Made by a program: the position numbers and the translations under genes. The notes below the pieces were generated by a model. The model worked only from the letters and a program-made list of their open reading frames with translations, had not been told where the DNA came from and did no database searches. From Hypanus sabinus (Eukaryota), in NCBI RefSeq assembly GCF_030144855.1, contig NC_082729.1, positions 22,320,001-22,384,000 on the forward strand: DNA of 64,000 bases. Direction: 5' to 3'. The first letter of the stretch is position 1; each line of letters opens with the position of its first letter. Positions 1 to 14,900 of the stretch are shown here, piece by piece.

Positions 1-1880
1 ATAACATTGGAGAAACTTTGAATTACAGAGGCAAGTGAGAGGAGTCGAACAGAATTGACTGTAAATGTACGCCCGCAGGGATAACGGCGGAGCAACAATA
101 GCTGGTGTCTCTGGAGGAAATTCCGAAGACGCAGTATTTCTACATCCCAAAAAGGAAGAAATATTCTGAAAGAAAGATGACAGAACCGTGGCTAAGAAAA
201 GAAGTCAAAGTCAACATAAATAGAAAAGACGGGTATGCAGCAGTGCAAAAGAATAGTTGGAGGAGGTGGAATATTTCAAGTAACAACAGGATGCCTGTAA
301 AGAATCCATGAAGAAGGTAAAGAAGAAATGCTAAGTAAGACGGCCAGTGATATTAAAGTGGATAGCAAAAATTTCTTCCGATACTAAAAGTATAAAAGAG
401 AGTCTAGAGTGGTGAAAGCTGGAAAACGATACTGGAAAGGTAGTAATGGGGTTGAATTAAACTGTAGGCAAAATTTGTGAATTGTTTGCATCAGTTGTCA
501 CTGTGGAAGACACCAGAAGTATGGTGAAAGTTACAGCTTTCGTTCATGTAGTACGTGAAATTGCCATTACTAGCGAATGTTGTTGCAAAACTGATGAGTC
601 TGGAGGAAGATTAGTCATCTGGACCAATTGGTGTATACCCTAATGTTCTGAAATAGGTGACAGAGGAGATTATGGAGGTAGCATTGATGATCTTTACAAG
701 AATTTTGGAATGTTTCTGAAAGACTGTAATTTTGCAAATATCTCAGTATGGATAACACAGAGGCTGAATGGCAAGACGTATAAATTGGGAATGAACGAAG
801 CCGTTTTTGGTTTGCGGCCGATAAGTGTGTTGTTCCATGAGATATAATTATTGGAATAGATTATACTTAAGTGATATGCCCAAAAATTGGATGACGGAAT
901 TTATGGCTTTCTTGCAAAGTTTGCAGTCAATATAAAAATGGGTTGGGAGGGGGAGTGGTAATTCTGAGAGAGCAGAGAAACTACAGAATGCTTATACAGA
1001 ATAGAACAATAGGCAAATAACTGGCCGGTGCAAAACTGTGCCAAGTGGATGGTCAAAGAGTTTGGTAGAAGAAACGAAAGGGTTGACTATTTACTAAATG
1101 GATAAAAAATAATACAGAGAAAGCTGGAACTCAAAAATACTTCGGAAGCCTTGCACAACATTCTCTGAAGGCTAACTTGCAGGCTATTTCTGTGATGAGG
1201 AGACCAAATGCCATTTTAGCATTTATTCTAGGTGGTCTAGAAAGTTGTAATGCAAAGATTGCCTAAAGCGCTGCAGATGCCTCTCGGAGTATTGTGAGCA
1301 GATATGGGCACCTTTTCTTAGCCGGGATGTGCTGAAACTGCAGAGGGTTTAAAGGAGTTTCTTAAAAATGATTCCAGGATTGAATACTTGTCATATGAAG
1401 AGCGTTTATTGCCTCTAGGCCTAATTTCATTATAACTCAGAAGAATAACGGCTGACCTTATTGAACCCTATCGAATGTTGAAATGCTTGATAAAGTAAAT
1501 ATGAAGATAATGTCTCCTATGTTGGGAGATTCTAACACCAGAGGAGACAGCCTGAGAATAGAGGGTGCGTTCTTTTAGACAGATGTTAAAAGAGTTGTTT
1601 TAAGCCACAGAGTGATGAATCAATTGTTTTTTTTTTATTTTTGTTCTGTTTATTTTCTGCCACAGTCAGCTGCGCAGACCAGGTCTTTATACATATTTCA
1701 GGCACAGGCTGGTAGATTCCTGATTAGTAAATGGATTAACAGATATGGGGAGATAGTCGGAGATCGGGTCTGAGAGGTAAATTGGATTCGCCATGATTAA
1801 ATGCTGCAGCAGACTCGATTGGAAAAGTGGCTTATTTCTGATCTTATGTCTTATGCCCTGCGGTCATTATGTCTTATAAC
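1..1880 (+). mobile_element. Old degenerate CR1-clade LINE (ORF2 RT region to 3' tail)
   Basis: Frameshifted CR1 ORF2-like segments (FFRY.K.KR, F.SVFT.E, S.GP.G..P.VLK, K.ADD.K-like, DLIE.Y..L) ending in a (tcttatg)n-like 3' tail at ~1843-1878. Confidence 0.75.
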
Positions 1881-4800
1881 TTTGCATTGTCATTGAGTTA
1901 CCTTGTTCTCTAATGTATCAATGTACAATATAAAGAATAATCTGAAATGAAAAAATAGGCAAAAGAAGCACTTCCAAGCATCCTGAGATATGGGTCTATC
2001 AGAAATGAGTTCGACTACCGTGTTAAATTTGATGTCTAGAGTTCAGAATATAAAAGGCTCCACTCCTCAGCTTTGTTGAGTTAATTCAGTAAATACCTGG
2101 CTCGTGTTTGCAAAGTAAGTGACTTCAGGCTTGTATACAAATTGACTACGATTCGAGTTTTGACAACATTGAAATTTCCCAACGGATAACTAGTAAGTTG
2201 TTGTGCAGATCGCTAATTATGATTAGTTCTTTCGACATTGAAGAGAAATTACTCAGGACGTGACAGATAAATTAGTCGCTCTTGGCCGCAGAATTGAAGA
2301 ACAGAGAGGCAGGACAGTTTAAAGACAATGTGGAACTTTAAGCATCGTCTCACACCCCATAGAAGCATAATTTCTAACATAAATTACGTGGTAAAGTAAC
2401 CACTGACGGAAATACGGATCTCCACATGAGCCTCTAAATATCGTGGTGCTATTAGAGGAAATCCATGTAGCTCCTGTTCTCAGTCAAGTTGCAGAGAAGG
2501 TCAAAATATATTTGCTTTCCCAGCTCCGACATAGTTCTGCAATCATCATCCAGTGTCTGTGCAAAAGGATGCCCATTACCTGTCACAGCTTCGCGCATGA
2601 TCCTGCCTCACGCCTTTTGGACAGTAGTTATTGTTTCTTTGGTTGAAAATAAAGTTACGAACGTCACAGGCATTTGGTGAGCTGCATACACTCTCATGTC
2701 AGTCCTCACCATCTTGCCTAACCCAAATTGGGCATTACCCACACCATACAAACAACATACATACGAAGACGTTAAAAATTATTTTGAACCTGATTGATGG
2801 GGAAACACAAAAGCTTGTCCATTAACTACAATTGAACCAGAGGAATAAACGATATCCAACGTTAAGTTACAGTGTATGAAGCAGTACTCTATACAAGCAG
2901 CTCCAATCCAAGTCCACTAATTCTACATAAAAAGAACATTGACAACACTGTCTTCCTATGTTAAAAACTCTTCAGCTCATCGTTGTATATTAACTTGTTC
3001 TCTAATGTACCCCTGTCGATATGGTACTTATGCCTTTCTCGATAAACGCCTGCTGGGTTTCACCAATAGCTTTATTGTTCTCCGATGATTCGTGACTTTA
3101 TTGTACTTACTTGATACTAACACAGTTCATTCTTCTGATATCAGGTAAGCAGTTGCATAATTCCCTTTTTTATTTTCTTCATGTTCTGTTGTTAGGAGAT
3201 ATATGGAATTAGCTGTCATTGCGAATGATAGAGTCGGGCATAATTATAATGTTTAAGAAATATTCGTTGAGCACGAGAAAGGCATAGATCCAGACGAGCA
3301 ATGGAGACGAACCAAGGTAACTTAGCAGACAAGGCCGAGTTGGATGATATGTCATTTTCCACACCATGTCGGTCGATAGCTCCATAATAATGAGCATCCA
3401 ATTTGCACTTGCCACTTAATAGATTACAGGCACTGTTACCTCATGTTACGAATTCAGGAAGATAAGCAATCATGCCACTAATTTTCTTTCAGAGGTCGCT
3501 TCGTTTGCTGCAATTAGAAGGATGACCTACCTTAACTTAATTTCAGTCAACAAGTTGTAAAATGTAGGGAAGTCCAGTGATGACTTCGCCGTTAGCGATT
3601 ACATCTCTAATTCCGCAGAACATGAAACATCCCGTATCGGAATGTTTCAAGTCATTCAGGGAAGTCTAACTTCTAACTTATTGAATATACTCAGCGGAAC
3701 GGTCATCTCCAATGAGAGGCTATTGCAGCATTTGACTCCACATTGACCAAATCATATGACTTTGACTTTGAGATAACAGTCACGATGAAGGACTTGGCTC
3801 GAAGTGCCGACTGTTTATTTATTTCTATCACCGCTGTCTAACCAGCTGATTTTCCCGAGTAGTTCGTGTGTGTTGGTCTGAATTTCCAGAACCTCAAAAA
3901 ATCCTTGTATTTATGAATTTGACATTAAATTGTTTATCCATGACCGAGTCGCCAACCATTAATAATCTGAACGTTCACAATGACTGGGAATTTCAAACGA
4001 ACGTCAACCATTAATACTGTGACTATTCTTCGATCGGTGTAATCGTTTTTCTTGTGATGTCAGCCTTTCACTTTGGCTTTAAAATAAATGCGCGTAGCGC
4101 TTAATTTTACATACCGTTTACCAGTTTTTGAAAAAAAACATTCTAAATATATCCATGTAGTTATAGCGGATGCAAGCGCTGAGGATGCTATTTTTATCGC
4201 ATCAACGGGAATAGGTGAGGATCCACCCTTCAGTAGGATCGCGAAAAAAAATCACGCGATATTGCGTAACCCGCATCGGTTGGAGGGCATCAAATTGCAC
4301 AGTAACATAAATGCAGTAGATTGATGAAGTTTCCATCATAATTGCTACGGATCATTTTTTCCGACTTTAATTTTCGAATATGGAAGACCTGAACCCAAGC
4401 AAATGCTCTGGTGAGGGCCATTTCATTCGATTAGTATCCTCGAGCACTTTCGAAAAAGTGTGTCATAAGAATGCCCGATGGTGACTTCTTATACTCCAAA
4501 CTTCTCCCATTATCAGACTGTCCAGTATATTTTCAATCTCCCTTCAGGTTTGCTATTTTATACATGACTCCATTGTCAACCTGTAGCTTAATTTTCTCAA
4601 TAAATCTCTGCATTGCTGTTTGCTTTAATCCGTGAAACGCGGAAGGACCTTCAATTTACAATGGTTGCAAAACCTGACAGGAGTCACTAAAATCACATTA
4701 CGTCCATATTTCACGTTAAAACAACATCGTCCAACAAAAGAGGAAATCGCAGATTCTTAGTATAGATGAACCCAGCGTTTGACTTCTCAGAGACTAGTTT

Positions 4801-5569
4801 CCTTTCTCGTTGTGATGAAGAACGGTGTGAACAGAGCTCATTTTTAAGGAAAAAAAAACATACAAGTACGTGATTTCCCTACTGCCCTTGACTGACTGCC
4901 CTTCTGCTTATAAGTGTGCAAAGCATTTTTATTCTCAGCCAATGCTGAGGAGCTCACTGAATTCTGCGACAATTAAAAAACACATTTTCATTTTGCTCGG
5001 CGAATCATACCAGCCACTATCCCGGTAAAAAAAAGAACAAAAAAATCAAAGCTAGCGTTAAGAATTTTTTAATCGATATGACTATGTTTTGTCACACGGA
5101 GTAAGTAACTCTGAACTTGACGTGTTTCAAAAGACTCCTGTTAGGTTTTCGAAACACAGTCTGTTGGATATGCTTTTGGATATACCACGGATACTGATAG
5201 CAAGGAACGTATGGATATACTGGGAAAATCAAAGTATTGGTAAAAATGTCGCCAATGAAAGATAAGAAATCCGAAAAGAGTTTTAAGTGTGATAATAGCA
5301 GGACCTTCGGAGTATAAAGTGTCACCGTAGGGAAGATGTGATGACAGCCCTGTTTCAATATTCTCGGCAATTTCGAGTGGAGGGCGCAGTTGAATAAAAC
5401 AGTACTCGTCAGAGAAATTGGTCGTTTCCCTGATACCGTAATGGGTAGAGAGGGGCACGAATATATAGAAACAGTCTGGTTAGATGAAGTAACCATGCTG
5501 AAGTTGCAAAACGCCCGCCATCTTTTGTACGCGCAGAAGGTAATAACACCAGTAGAGAAGAAATAAAAG

Positions 5570-5832
5570 GTGAAAATTTCAAGTAAATTGCACTGGATTG
5601 AATCTTGACTCCACATCCAAGGAATAAAGGGGATTTCCTCACCACGGGTTGAGGAATCTATGGAATCCCTTGCCAGAGCGACGTGTGATGGGCGAATCAT
5701 TTGAAGCAGAGATTGAAACGTTATTTAATGGGTCGGGGAATACGGGATAATTAGAAGCCGTGGCAATGGGACGGGCAACTTCGGACGTTTCAATGGCAGA
5801 GTGTCATGGAAGATCTCTTAAGATCTTATGGT
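5570..5832 (+). mobile_element. Short CR1 3'-end fragment
   Basis: 'ggaatctatggaatcccttgccagag...tttgaagcagagattga' typical CR1 3' segment and 'tcttaagatcttatgg' tail. Confidence 0.5.
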
Positions 5833-6419
5833 GTAATACCTCGGACAGACTTCAAAACTCGTTAGACGAATAAGGACCGTGCTCCCGGAATGAAAATTCT
5901 GCCAACTGCTCGTTGAGAGAGACAGGGAAAGGTAAGGAATATACAGCAGTAATATGTGTGTGGGATTACTCAAGCAAGTAAACTTATCCCAGGAAGATTT
6001 CCCTTGGGATCATCCGGTTCACAGGTATCCCACTCTTCAGTGGCCTTACATATGACACTGTAGAAGTGACTATAGTGTAGAATGAAGATAGAGAGGAGGA
6101 ACGATATAGGGAGAAACGAGGAAGACGTCAGGAGATGAGGATATATACGTGATGTACACCATATGTGTCGGTATAGAAAACGATAAATGATAGAATATGG
6201 TCGATACTGACAACACTTACAGGACAAAGAACGAATGAGAATCGCGCAACAAGGTGTGTTGGAATGAGCATCCGAGAACACTAATATCGAGGTTTTTGGA
6301 ATATACTTCTAAAATGTGATGTGAGCATGGTGAGCTGCTTCAACGACTCTCATCCATTGGTACTCGCATAAAATGTTTTTGGAGATTTATTATAGCTCGT
6401 ATTAACTCACGTTTCAACA

Positions 6420-7430
6420 GGGAATTGGACCCTCTGCAATTTGTCTATCACAGCAACAGGTGGATGCAATTTCATTGGGTCTTCTCGCGTCCTTGGATCA
6501 TCTGGACAGTACAAAAACTATGTCAGGATGATGTTCATGTACTATGGCTCAGCGTTTTAAACAATTATTCCAACATTCCTCATCGAATCGCTTCTGAATA
6601 TCCGAGACTGTGCAGCTGGACCCTCGACTTTCCAGCCGGCAGAACGCAATCTCTGTGGATCGGAAATAACATGATGGGTATTAGCCTACGAGCCCGGTAA
6701 GAAGGTTACATCTGTAAAGGGTGAGTTTTCAATGTCTGTTCTTTTTTTTTTATTGGGTTCAGGCCTACCTTGTAGTAGTAGTAGTGGTGATAATAACATT
6801 AATAACAACAGCAACAAAAACAACAACAACAACAACAACAACAATAACAGCAACTACTCCAACTCGCAGGTAATCATCACAGGTTTTGCTTGGAAAGTGT
6901 ACTGAGCCCACTCAACCACTCTTTCTACACAGATGACCGCGTGGTTAGACACAGCTCAAATGCCAACAACAGGTTTGCTGATGATCCCGCTATTATTGGC
7001 TGAATTTCAGATGGTGACGCAAGAGCTTATGGAGCGGAAAATTCAGCCAGTTTACTGCTGTTGCAGCAACAAACTTGCGCTCAACGTTAGTAAGACTAAA
7101 CAATGCGGACTTTAGCAAGGGAAGGACGAGGGGGTACTACTGGATGGGCTGAAAACCAGTTGCAGATTTGTAAACTCAGTCTGCTCCATCATGGGTTTGA
7201 GGTTAGTGTCCAGGACATCTTTAACGAGTGATGCGTCGAAAAGGCGGCATCGATCATTTCGGACCCCCATCGTCTAGGTCACGCTGTTTTTTTTCATCTT
7301 TTCTCCCAGCAGGAAGGTTATAAAGAAGCCTGAAGGCACACACACGATTCAGGAATAAACGTTTACCCTGGTCATCCGATTTCTGAATTGGCATTAAAGC
7401 CATAAACACTACTTCATTAATTCATTTTGT
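6420..7430 (+). mobile_element. Rex1/Babar-like non-LTR retrotransposon, degenerate RT and 3' end
   Basis: LDPLQF.Y..NR, LDHLD...YVRMMF..Y.SAF.TIIP, VLSPL, L.LNVSKTK motifs across frameshifts; interrupted at ~6676-6855 by unrelated sequence with an (AAC)n run. Confidence 0.75.
6790..6856. repeat. (AAC)n/(AAT)n microsatellite
   Basis: Directly visible imperfect aacaacaac run. Confidence 0.85.
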
Positions 7431-7467
7431 CTATTTTTCTCTACTCATCGAATTTAACTGTATGCTT

Positions 7468-7472
7468 ATCTA

Positions 7473-7510
<38 letters not shown>
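7468..7510. repeat. (AT)n(GT)n compound microsatellite
   Basis: Directly visible. Confidence 0.9.
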
Positions 7511-9220
7511 GGTCTATTCTTCTTTCCTCCATCTCGCTGAAACAATTTCTAAAAGTAATATCTATATTTTGTAGTTCTCCAGGAAAGCCACAGAACAATA
7601 GAGATCAAAATCAGCAAAATGAATGGGCTATACAGTTAAACAAAGGCTTTAAAACAGGAGGGGAAATCAAATGTTGCCCAGAAAGTCTATTGAAAAGGGA
7701 GACGGTCAGCGCCAGATGATTTTTCTTCTATTTTTCTTTGAATATTCTTCTATTCCATATTGCACCTGACACAAATTCAGAGAGTGGAAATTATTCTTTA
7801 TTGCCTATGTCCTGTACAGTGTGAGAGTGTGTGGTCCATTCTGATTAACAACAGGCTATAGTACACTGTGTCAGTGTGCTGTTCATTCTGCAGCTATCAG
7901 GCTTACGCAGACTGTCATAAATGTTAGTTTCAGTCTGTCCATTTGCAGTGAGAGCGTGCGTTTATTGCGTTACAGGTTATGATCTGGCCCGTTTTTTACT
8001 TATCTGTAGTATACTTTTCCGTAGATAGCACACTTTATTCTGCATACTGTTATTTATTTAACTCGGTCCACTTTAATCCAATGTATCATGATCGGACATG
8101 TATGTCCAGTCTGAAAGACAAGCTTTTCACTGCATCTCGGTAAATGTGACAATAATAATCCTGCTAATCAAAAGGCCAGACAGAATGTGGTGCAATGTGA
8201 GAGTGTGAGTCGCACTCTGTAAATGTCCATCGTTAATACAGTGTGTGGTTGTGTCCTTTATTTCGTAGCAGCCTGACAGTGGTTCGAAGAGAGCGCAGTG
8301 TTATCCTGTACCTTGTTATCGACTTGTATTTTCTTGATTACGTCCACTGTAATTTCAAGGGAGATTTCACGATTTCGATCACATTTATGACACCATCTGC
8401 AATATTGTTGTTTTATCTCAGTTAACCTCAATGCAGCATGCAATGGCTTGATCTGCATGAACATGCAGTTCCTCTGCAGTTCGGTAAATGACAATAATAA
8501 AACAACGAACATTAAACCTGTCAGACTTTGTGAACCTGTAAGAGTGTAAATTGCGTGAAGTACAGGTAGTGTCTTTTCTGCTGCAGACTGAAGTTCCGGA
8601 CACAATCTGTCCCTATCACTATTTAGAACTGTGTCAGACAACCATGTTTTTTTGTGCAATCCCTGCGTATTGTGCACTCTGAGGTGCTTTTTTACCTGTT
8701 AGTCTCTGCCAGTGTTAAACAACGTGGGGGTTACTACGTACACTGTCTAACAAGTCTTGCGAAAGCTTGAGTACTAACCTATTTCCTAACTGTTCTTCAT
8801 TCCTGCTGGCCATGAGGCGCCGATAGCAGCTCCATAGTCTCGCTTGAGCTCGTCCAGTCTTCAATGCTGTCTCCAGATTTAAATATCTAAAAATGTGAAT
8901 GTTGATTTTAACAACTTGAAAGATTTGTTTCTAATTCAGGAATTTAAAAGGTGCGTCCCGAATGACATAAAGACATATTTGGATGGCAAGGACCCTTCCA
9001 CGTTGCCAGAATCTGCTAAATTAGCAGATGAGTTTGCCCTCACCCACGAGGCTACGTTTATCCCGAGTAAGACTTTCAGAAAGTGTAGCTTGGACATTCA
9101 GGCTGAATCAGAAATTAAATTGAGGTCTAGTGACAAAGGTAAGGATGAAGGGAAGCAACTGAAGGAGAAATATTCTAGTCTTACTTGTCGCTATTGTAGG
9201 AAAGCTGGTCATGATATGGC

Positions 9221-9507
9221 NNNNNNNNNNNNNNNNNNNNNNNNNNNNNNNNNNNNNNNNNNNNNNNNNNNNNNNNNNNNNNNNNNNNNNNNNNNNNNNN
9301 NNNNNNNNNNNNNNNNNNNNNNNNNNNNNNNNNNNNNNNNNNNNNNNNNNNNNNNNNNNNNNNNNNNNNNNNNNNNNNNNNNNNNNNNNNNNNNNNNNNN
9401 NNNNNNNNNNNNNNNNNNNNNNNNNNNNNNNNNNNNNNNNNNNNNNNNNNNNNNNNNNNNNNNNNNNNNNNNNNNNNNNNNNNNNNNNNNNNNNNNNNNN
9501 NNNNNNN
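9221..9507. other. Assembly gap (N run) inside gag
   Basis: Run of N. Confidence 1.
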
Positions 9508-11965
9508 ATGCTGGTGTTCAGCGTGCTGAAACACCTATAAACCCACAGGGTTATGAATGTTCTGATGAAGCTCTGCCAGGGGCTGAATGGTCAGACCGAG
9601 TTAGGAAGGGATTCGATCATTTTATGTCAGATGGGTTTGTGTTAGTGTATGAAGGGACAGCCCCGATATCAGTGAAGATTCTTCGAGATACAGGGGCTTT
9701 TCAGTCATTTATACTGGACAGTATTCTAACGTTCAGTGATGAGACTGCCATTGGTGGGGTAAATGTTTTTAAATGCATCGGGTGCGGAATTGTTCCTGTG
9801 CCGCTGCCACTGTTACTATAGAGTCAGAGTTGTTTCCAGTAACTGTTAAAATAAGACTACGACCCAGTTTAGTAGTCACTTTCTATGGAAGTGAGTTTCT
9901 CTTTTGTTAGGAAATAAGTTAGCAGGTAATAGCAGGTAATGAAGTTGTTCCTGCAGTGCAGTGGACAGCTAAGCTAAACACTGATGATTTACAGATGGAT
10001 TCTAACCTTTATCCCTGCTGCGCAGTAAATCGAAGTATGACAATGTAGTCTGCCAATTCAGATAGTTCTGTGCAGAATGGTTCTATTACCCATGATAGCC
10101 AAAATCAGGATTCAGGTTTTAATGAAGTGTCAGGGACTTTTCTGCCTTGATTGCTTCACCAGGATCCAGGTATTAAATCTGATGAGAAAGATTTATCTCT
10201 GTCTATGAAGGAGGTTACAGCAGAACAGAGCAGAAAGCGTGAGAATTAAACATTAAAAGAAAAAATTCTTTTCGATGACGAGATTAAGGAAGCGCCAGTA
10301 CGATATTATTTCAAAGATGGAGTGTTAATGAGGAAGTGCTATACCTGCGCGTGAGGAATGAGTTGTAGTTCCTAAATTTAATAGGAATGAAATATTAACT
10401 TTGGCCCACAGCATACCCTGGTGTGGCCATCCTGAGCGTGAATAAAACTGTGAACCAGATTTTGAAACAATTCTTCTAGACTAATACGAGAAAAGGTATT
10501 GTGACCTTTTGTCGAATTTCTCACACTTGTCAGATTGCGGGTAAATCTAATCAGGACACTCCAATGGCCCTTCTGCAGCCTATACTGCATTCGGTGAAAC
10601 ATTTCCCAACGTTATTGCGGATTGTATTGGCCCATTGCCAAAGACTAAAGCTGGCCATCAGTATTTGCTAACTATCATGTGTACAACATCCAGAATTTCA
10701 GAAGCCATACCTCTCAGAAATATAAAAGCTAAAACTGAGTCGAAAGACCTTAAAAAATTATTGACTCTATTTGGTTTGCCAAAAGAAATCTAGTCTGATC
10801 AAGGAAATAAGTTTGCATCAGCATTATTCGAGCCGGTAGTTTATGAATTGGAAGCCAATCAGATTGCGTCGTCTGTACCATCCGGAAAGACAAGGGGCCT
10901 TAGAGAGACTCAACGCTATTCTCAAACCCATGATTAAGAAATTCTGTTTTGAAAATAGAAAGATTGGGATGAAGAGGTCCATTTGCTTTTATTCACATTA
11001 AGAGAATCAGTGCGGGATTCCTTAGATCTTTTGAACTCGTATTTGGTCATCGTGTTCGAGGACCTTTGACACTGTTAAAAGAACAGAGTATTAATGAGGG
11101 CATGCATCTCAATATGTTAGACTACGTTTTGACATTTAGAGGCACATTGCACAAAGCTGTAGTCTAACGAAGAAAAACTTAAAGGTTTCTCAAAACAAAA
11201 CAAAGCGTTGGGATGATAAACAGGCTCGTATGAGAAAATACCAGTTGGAAGATAAGGCATTGGTGTTATTTCCAATAATCATTAATCCTTTACAAGCAAG
11301 ACTCCATTAATCTTATGAGGGAGTGTCTAACATAGATTATGTGAATTTTGTAGTCAAAATAGCAGATCGCCGAAGGCCAACACAGTTGGTGCATAAAAAC
11401 ATATTGAAACAATATTTTGAAGAGCCGGCACCAGCTGTGAGTGTTGTTGTCATAAGAAATAGGTCTGATTTCCGTGGTATCTCATCAAATGAACTATCTG
11501 AGGCTTATCATAAACCAAACATTGCTTCATCTAGATTAATGAACTCGAGCATTTCGAATTTGATTGATCACAAATGGGTCCACTTACAGCCCCAGCAACA
11601 ACTGGAGATGAAACAGTTAATTATGAAATTTAAGGATTTATTTCCCGATGTCCCGACGCGAACGACAATAACATCCCATGATGTCGCTGTCGGGGATGCT
11701 GAACCGATTAAACAACATCGTTATCGCATCCTTTTCTGAATGCAGAAAAATGTAAACTTGCTGTGCAGAAATTGTGTTATCAGGCCTTTAACATTAGTTT
11801 GGAGTTCAGCTTGTGTTATTGTGCCTGAACCAGATTGGAGAATTAGGTTTTGCACTAATTATAGAAAGGTAAATGCTGTAACTAAAATAGATACCTATCG
11901 CATCCCCAGAGTGAATGATTGCATAGACAAATTTGGTAAAGCTAACCTTGTTACAAAGATTGATT

Positions 11966-14900
11966 GGCTGAAGACATGGTGCAGGACGGAGGGCTTCAGA
12001 TTTATAGATAATTGGGCAGCTTTCCAGGGAAGGTGGGACCTGTTCCAGCGGGGTGGTTTACATTGGAATTGAAGGGGGACAAATATTCTTGCAGGTAGGT
12101 TTGCTCGAGCGGCTCCACTAGTTTTATACTAGATACGAGGGGGAGGGGAACCAGAGTATAAGAACTGATATATGAGAGAAGGGAAAAAAACAAGACAGTA
12201 AAGTTCTTTGTACTGTATGAGATAAACAGAGAGGAAGAGGTGGAGAATTTCTTAAATGCATTTATTTTAATGCTAGTAGCATTGTAAGAAAGGTGGATGA
12301 GCATAGAGCGTGGATTGATACCAGGAAATATAATGCTGTAGCTATTAGTGAAACATGGTTGCAGGAGGGGTGCGATTGGCAACTAAGTATTCCTGGATTT
12401 CGTTTCTTGTCAGAGAAAATATTACAGCGGTACTCTGGCAGGATGGATTAGAGGGCTCGACTGGGGATTCGAATTGGGTGGAAGTGAGGAATGGGAAAGG
12501 TGTAGTAACACTTATAGGGGTGTAATATAGAACACATAAAGGGGAGCGAGAATTGGAGGAGTAAATTTGTAAGGATATGGCAGATATTTGTAGTAAGCAC
12601 AGGGTTGCGATTGTAGGAGACGTTAATTTTCCACACATAGACTGGGAAACCCATACTCGTAAAGGGATGGATGGTTTGGAGTCTGTAAAATGAGTGCAGG
12701 ACATTTTTTTGCAGCAAGATACATAGGTACCAACTAGAGAATGGGCAGTGTTGGATCTTCTGTTAGGGAATGGAATGGGTCTGGTGACGGAGTTATGTGT
12801 TGGGGAACACTTTAGGTCCAGTGATCAGAAAACCATTCGTTTCAATATAACTATGGAGAAGGATAGGACTGGACCCAGGGTTGAGATTTTTGATTGGAGA
12901 AAGTATAACTTTGACACAATGCGAAAGGACTTAGAACGAGTGGACTGGGACAATTTGTTTTATGGGAAGAATGTAATAGAGAAATGGCGTCATTTAAAGT
13001 TGAAAATTTGAGGGTACAGAATTTTTATGTTGCTGTTAGGTCGAAAGGTTAAAAGTTTCAGAGAGCAATGGTGTTCAAGGGATATTGGAAACTTGGATAG
13101 GAAATGAAGAGAGATATCTTCAATAAATATAGGCAGCATGAAGTAAGTGAGCTGCTCGAGGAATATAAAGAATGTATGAAGAATCTTAAGAAAGACATTA
13201 GAAAAGCTAAAAGAAGATACGAGGTTGCTTTGGCAAGCAGATGAAAATAATCCAAAGGGTTTCTACAGTTATATTAATAGCAAAACGATAGTAAGGGATA
13301 ACACTGGTCCCCTGGAGAATCAGAGTGGACAGCTATGTGTGGTGCCGAAAGAGAAGCGGGAGATTTTGAACAATTTATTTTCTTCGGAATTCACGAAGGA
13401 CAAGGATATTGAATTGTGTAAGGTAAGGGATTCAAGTAGGGAAGTCATGGAAACTATGAAGATTAAAGAGGATGAAGTACTGGCGCTTCTAAGTAAAATA
13501 AAAGTAGATAAATCTCCAGATGCTGACATGATTTTCCCGAGGAACTTGAGGGAGGTTAGTGTAGAAATAGCAGGGGTTGTGACAAAAATACTTCAAAGTC
13601 ATTAGAAAGGGGAATGGCGCCGGAGTATTGGCGTATTGCTCATGTGGTTCCATAGTTTTAAAAGAGTTCTAAGAGTAAACCTAGCAATTATAGGTCTGTC
13701 GGTTTGACGACAATGGTGATTAAATTAACGGAAAGTATTCTTAGAGATGGTATATATAATTATCCGGATAGACATGGTCTAATTACGAACAGTGAACATG
13801 GATTTGTGCGTGGAAGGTCATGTTTGACAAATCTTATTGAATTTTTAAAGAGTTTAAGAGGAACGTTGAGGAGGGTAAAGCAGTGGGTGTTTTCTATATG
13901 GACTTCAGTAAAACCTTTGACAAGATTCCGCACGGAAGTTTAGTTAGGAAGGTTCAATCGTTAGATATTAATATTGAAGTAGTAAAATGGATTCAACAGT
14001 GGCAGGATGGGAGATGCCAGAGAGTAGTCGTGTATAACTGTTTGTCAGTTTGGAGGTCGGTGACTCGTGGCATGCTTCAGGGATCTGTATTGAGTCCAAT
14101 GTTGTTTGTCATATACATTAATGATCTGGATGTTAGGGTGGTAAATAGGATGAGTATGTATGCAGATGATGCTTAGGTACGTGGCGTTGTGGATAATGAA
14201 ATAGGTTTTCAAAGTTTGCAGAGAGATTTAAGCCAGTTAGAAGAGTGGGCTGAACGATGGCAGATGGAGTTTAATTCTGTTATGTGTGAGGTGCTACAGT
14301 TTGGTAGGAATAATCCGAATAGGACATACATGGTAAATGCTAGGCCATTGATGAATGCAGTAGAACAGAGGGATCTAGAAATAATGGTGCATATATCCCT
14401 GAAGGTGGAATCTCATATGGACAGTGTGGTGAAGAAAACTTTTTGTATGCTTGCCTATATAAATCAGAGCATTGAGTATCGGAGTTGGGATGTAATGTTA
14501 AAATTGTACACGGCATTGGTAAGGACGAATTTGGATTGTTGTGTACAGTGCTGTTCACCGAATTATAGGAAAGATATCAACAAAATAGAGAAAGTACAGA
14601 GAAGAGTTGCTAGAATGTTACCTGGGTTTCAGCACCTAAGTTACAGGGGAAGATTGAACAAGTTAGGTCTTTATTCTTTGGAGCGTAGACGGTTGAGCGG
14701 GGACTTAATAGAGGTATTTAAAATTATGAGCAGGATAGCTAGAGTTGACGCGGATAGGCTTTTTCCATTGAGAGAAGGGGAGATTCAAACAAGAGGACAA
14801 TAGTTTAGAATTAGGGGCAAAAGTTTATGGGTAACATGAGGGAATTTCTTTACTTAGAGAGTGGTAGCTGTGTGAAAGGAGCTTCCACTAGAAGTGTTAG

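Noticed and set aside
5092-5700. 202-aa minus-strand ORF and overlapping ORFs
   Set aside because: No recognisable motif; partly antisense to a CR1 3' fragment; likely a chance open frame
7800-8260. Degenerate ~40-bp periodicity ('tgtgagagtgtg..gt.cattctg'), also near 50900-51400
   Set aside because: Too eroded to define a unit by eye; probably an ancient minisatellite carried by the duplication
8895-9821. 308-aa ORF as a domesticated SCAN/gag gene
   Set aside because: About a third is N-gap and the rest is gag-protease of a decayed Gypsy element. The gap also looks longer than the homologous interval in the second element, which cannot be interpreted
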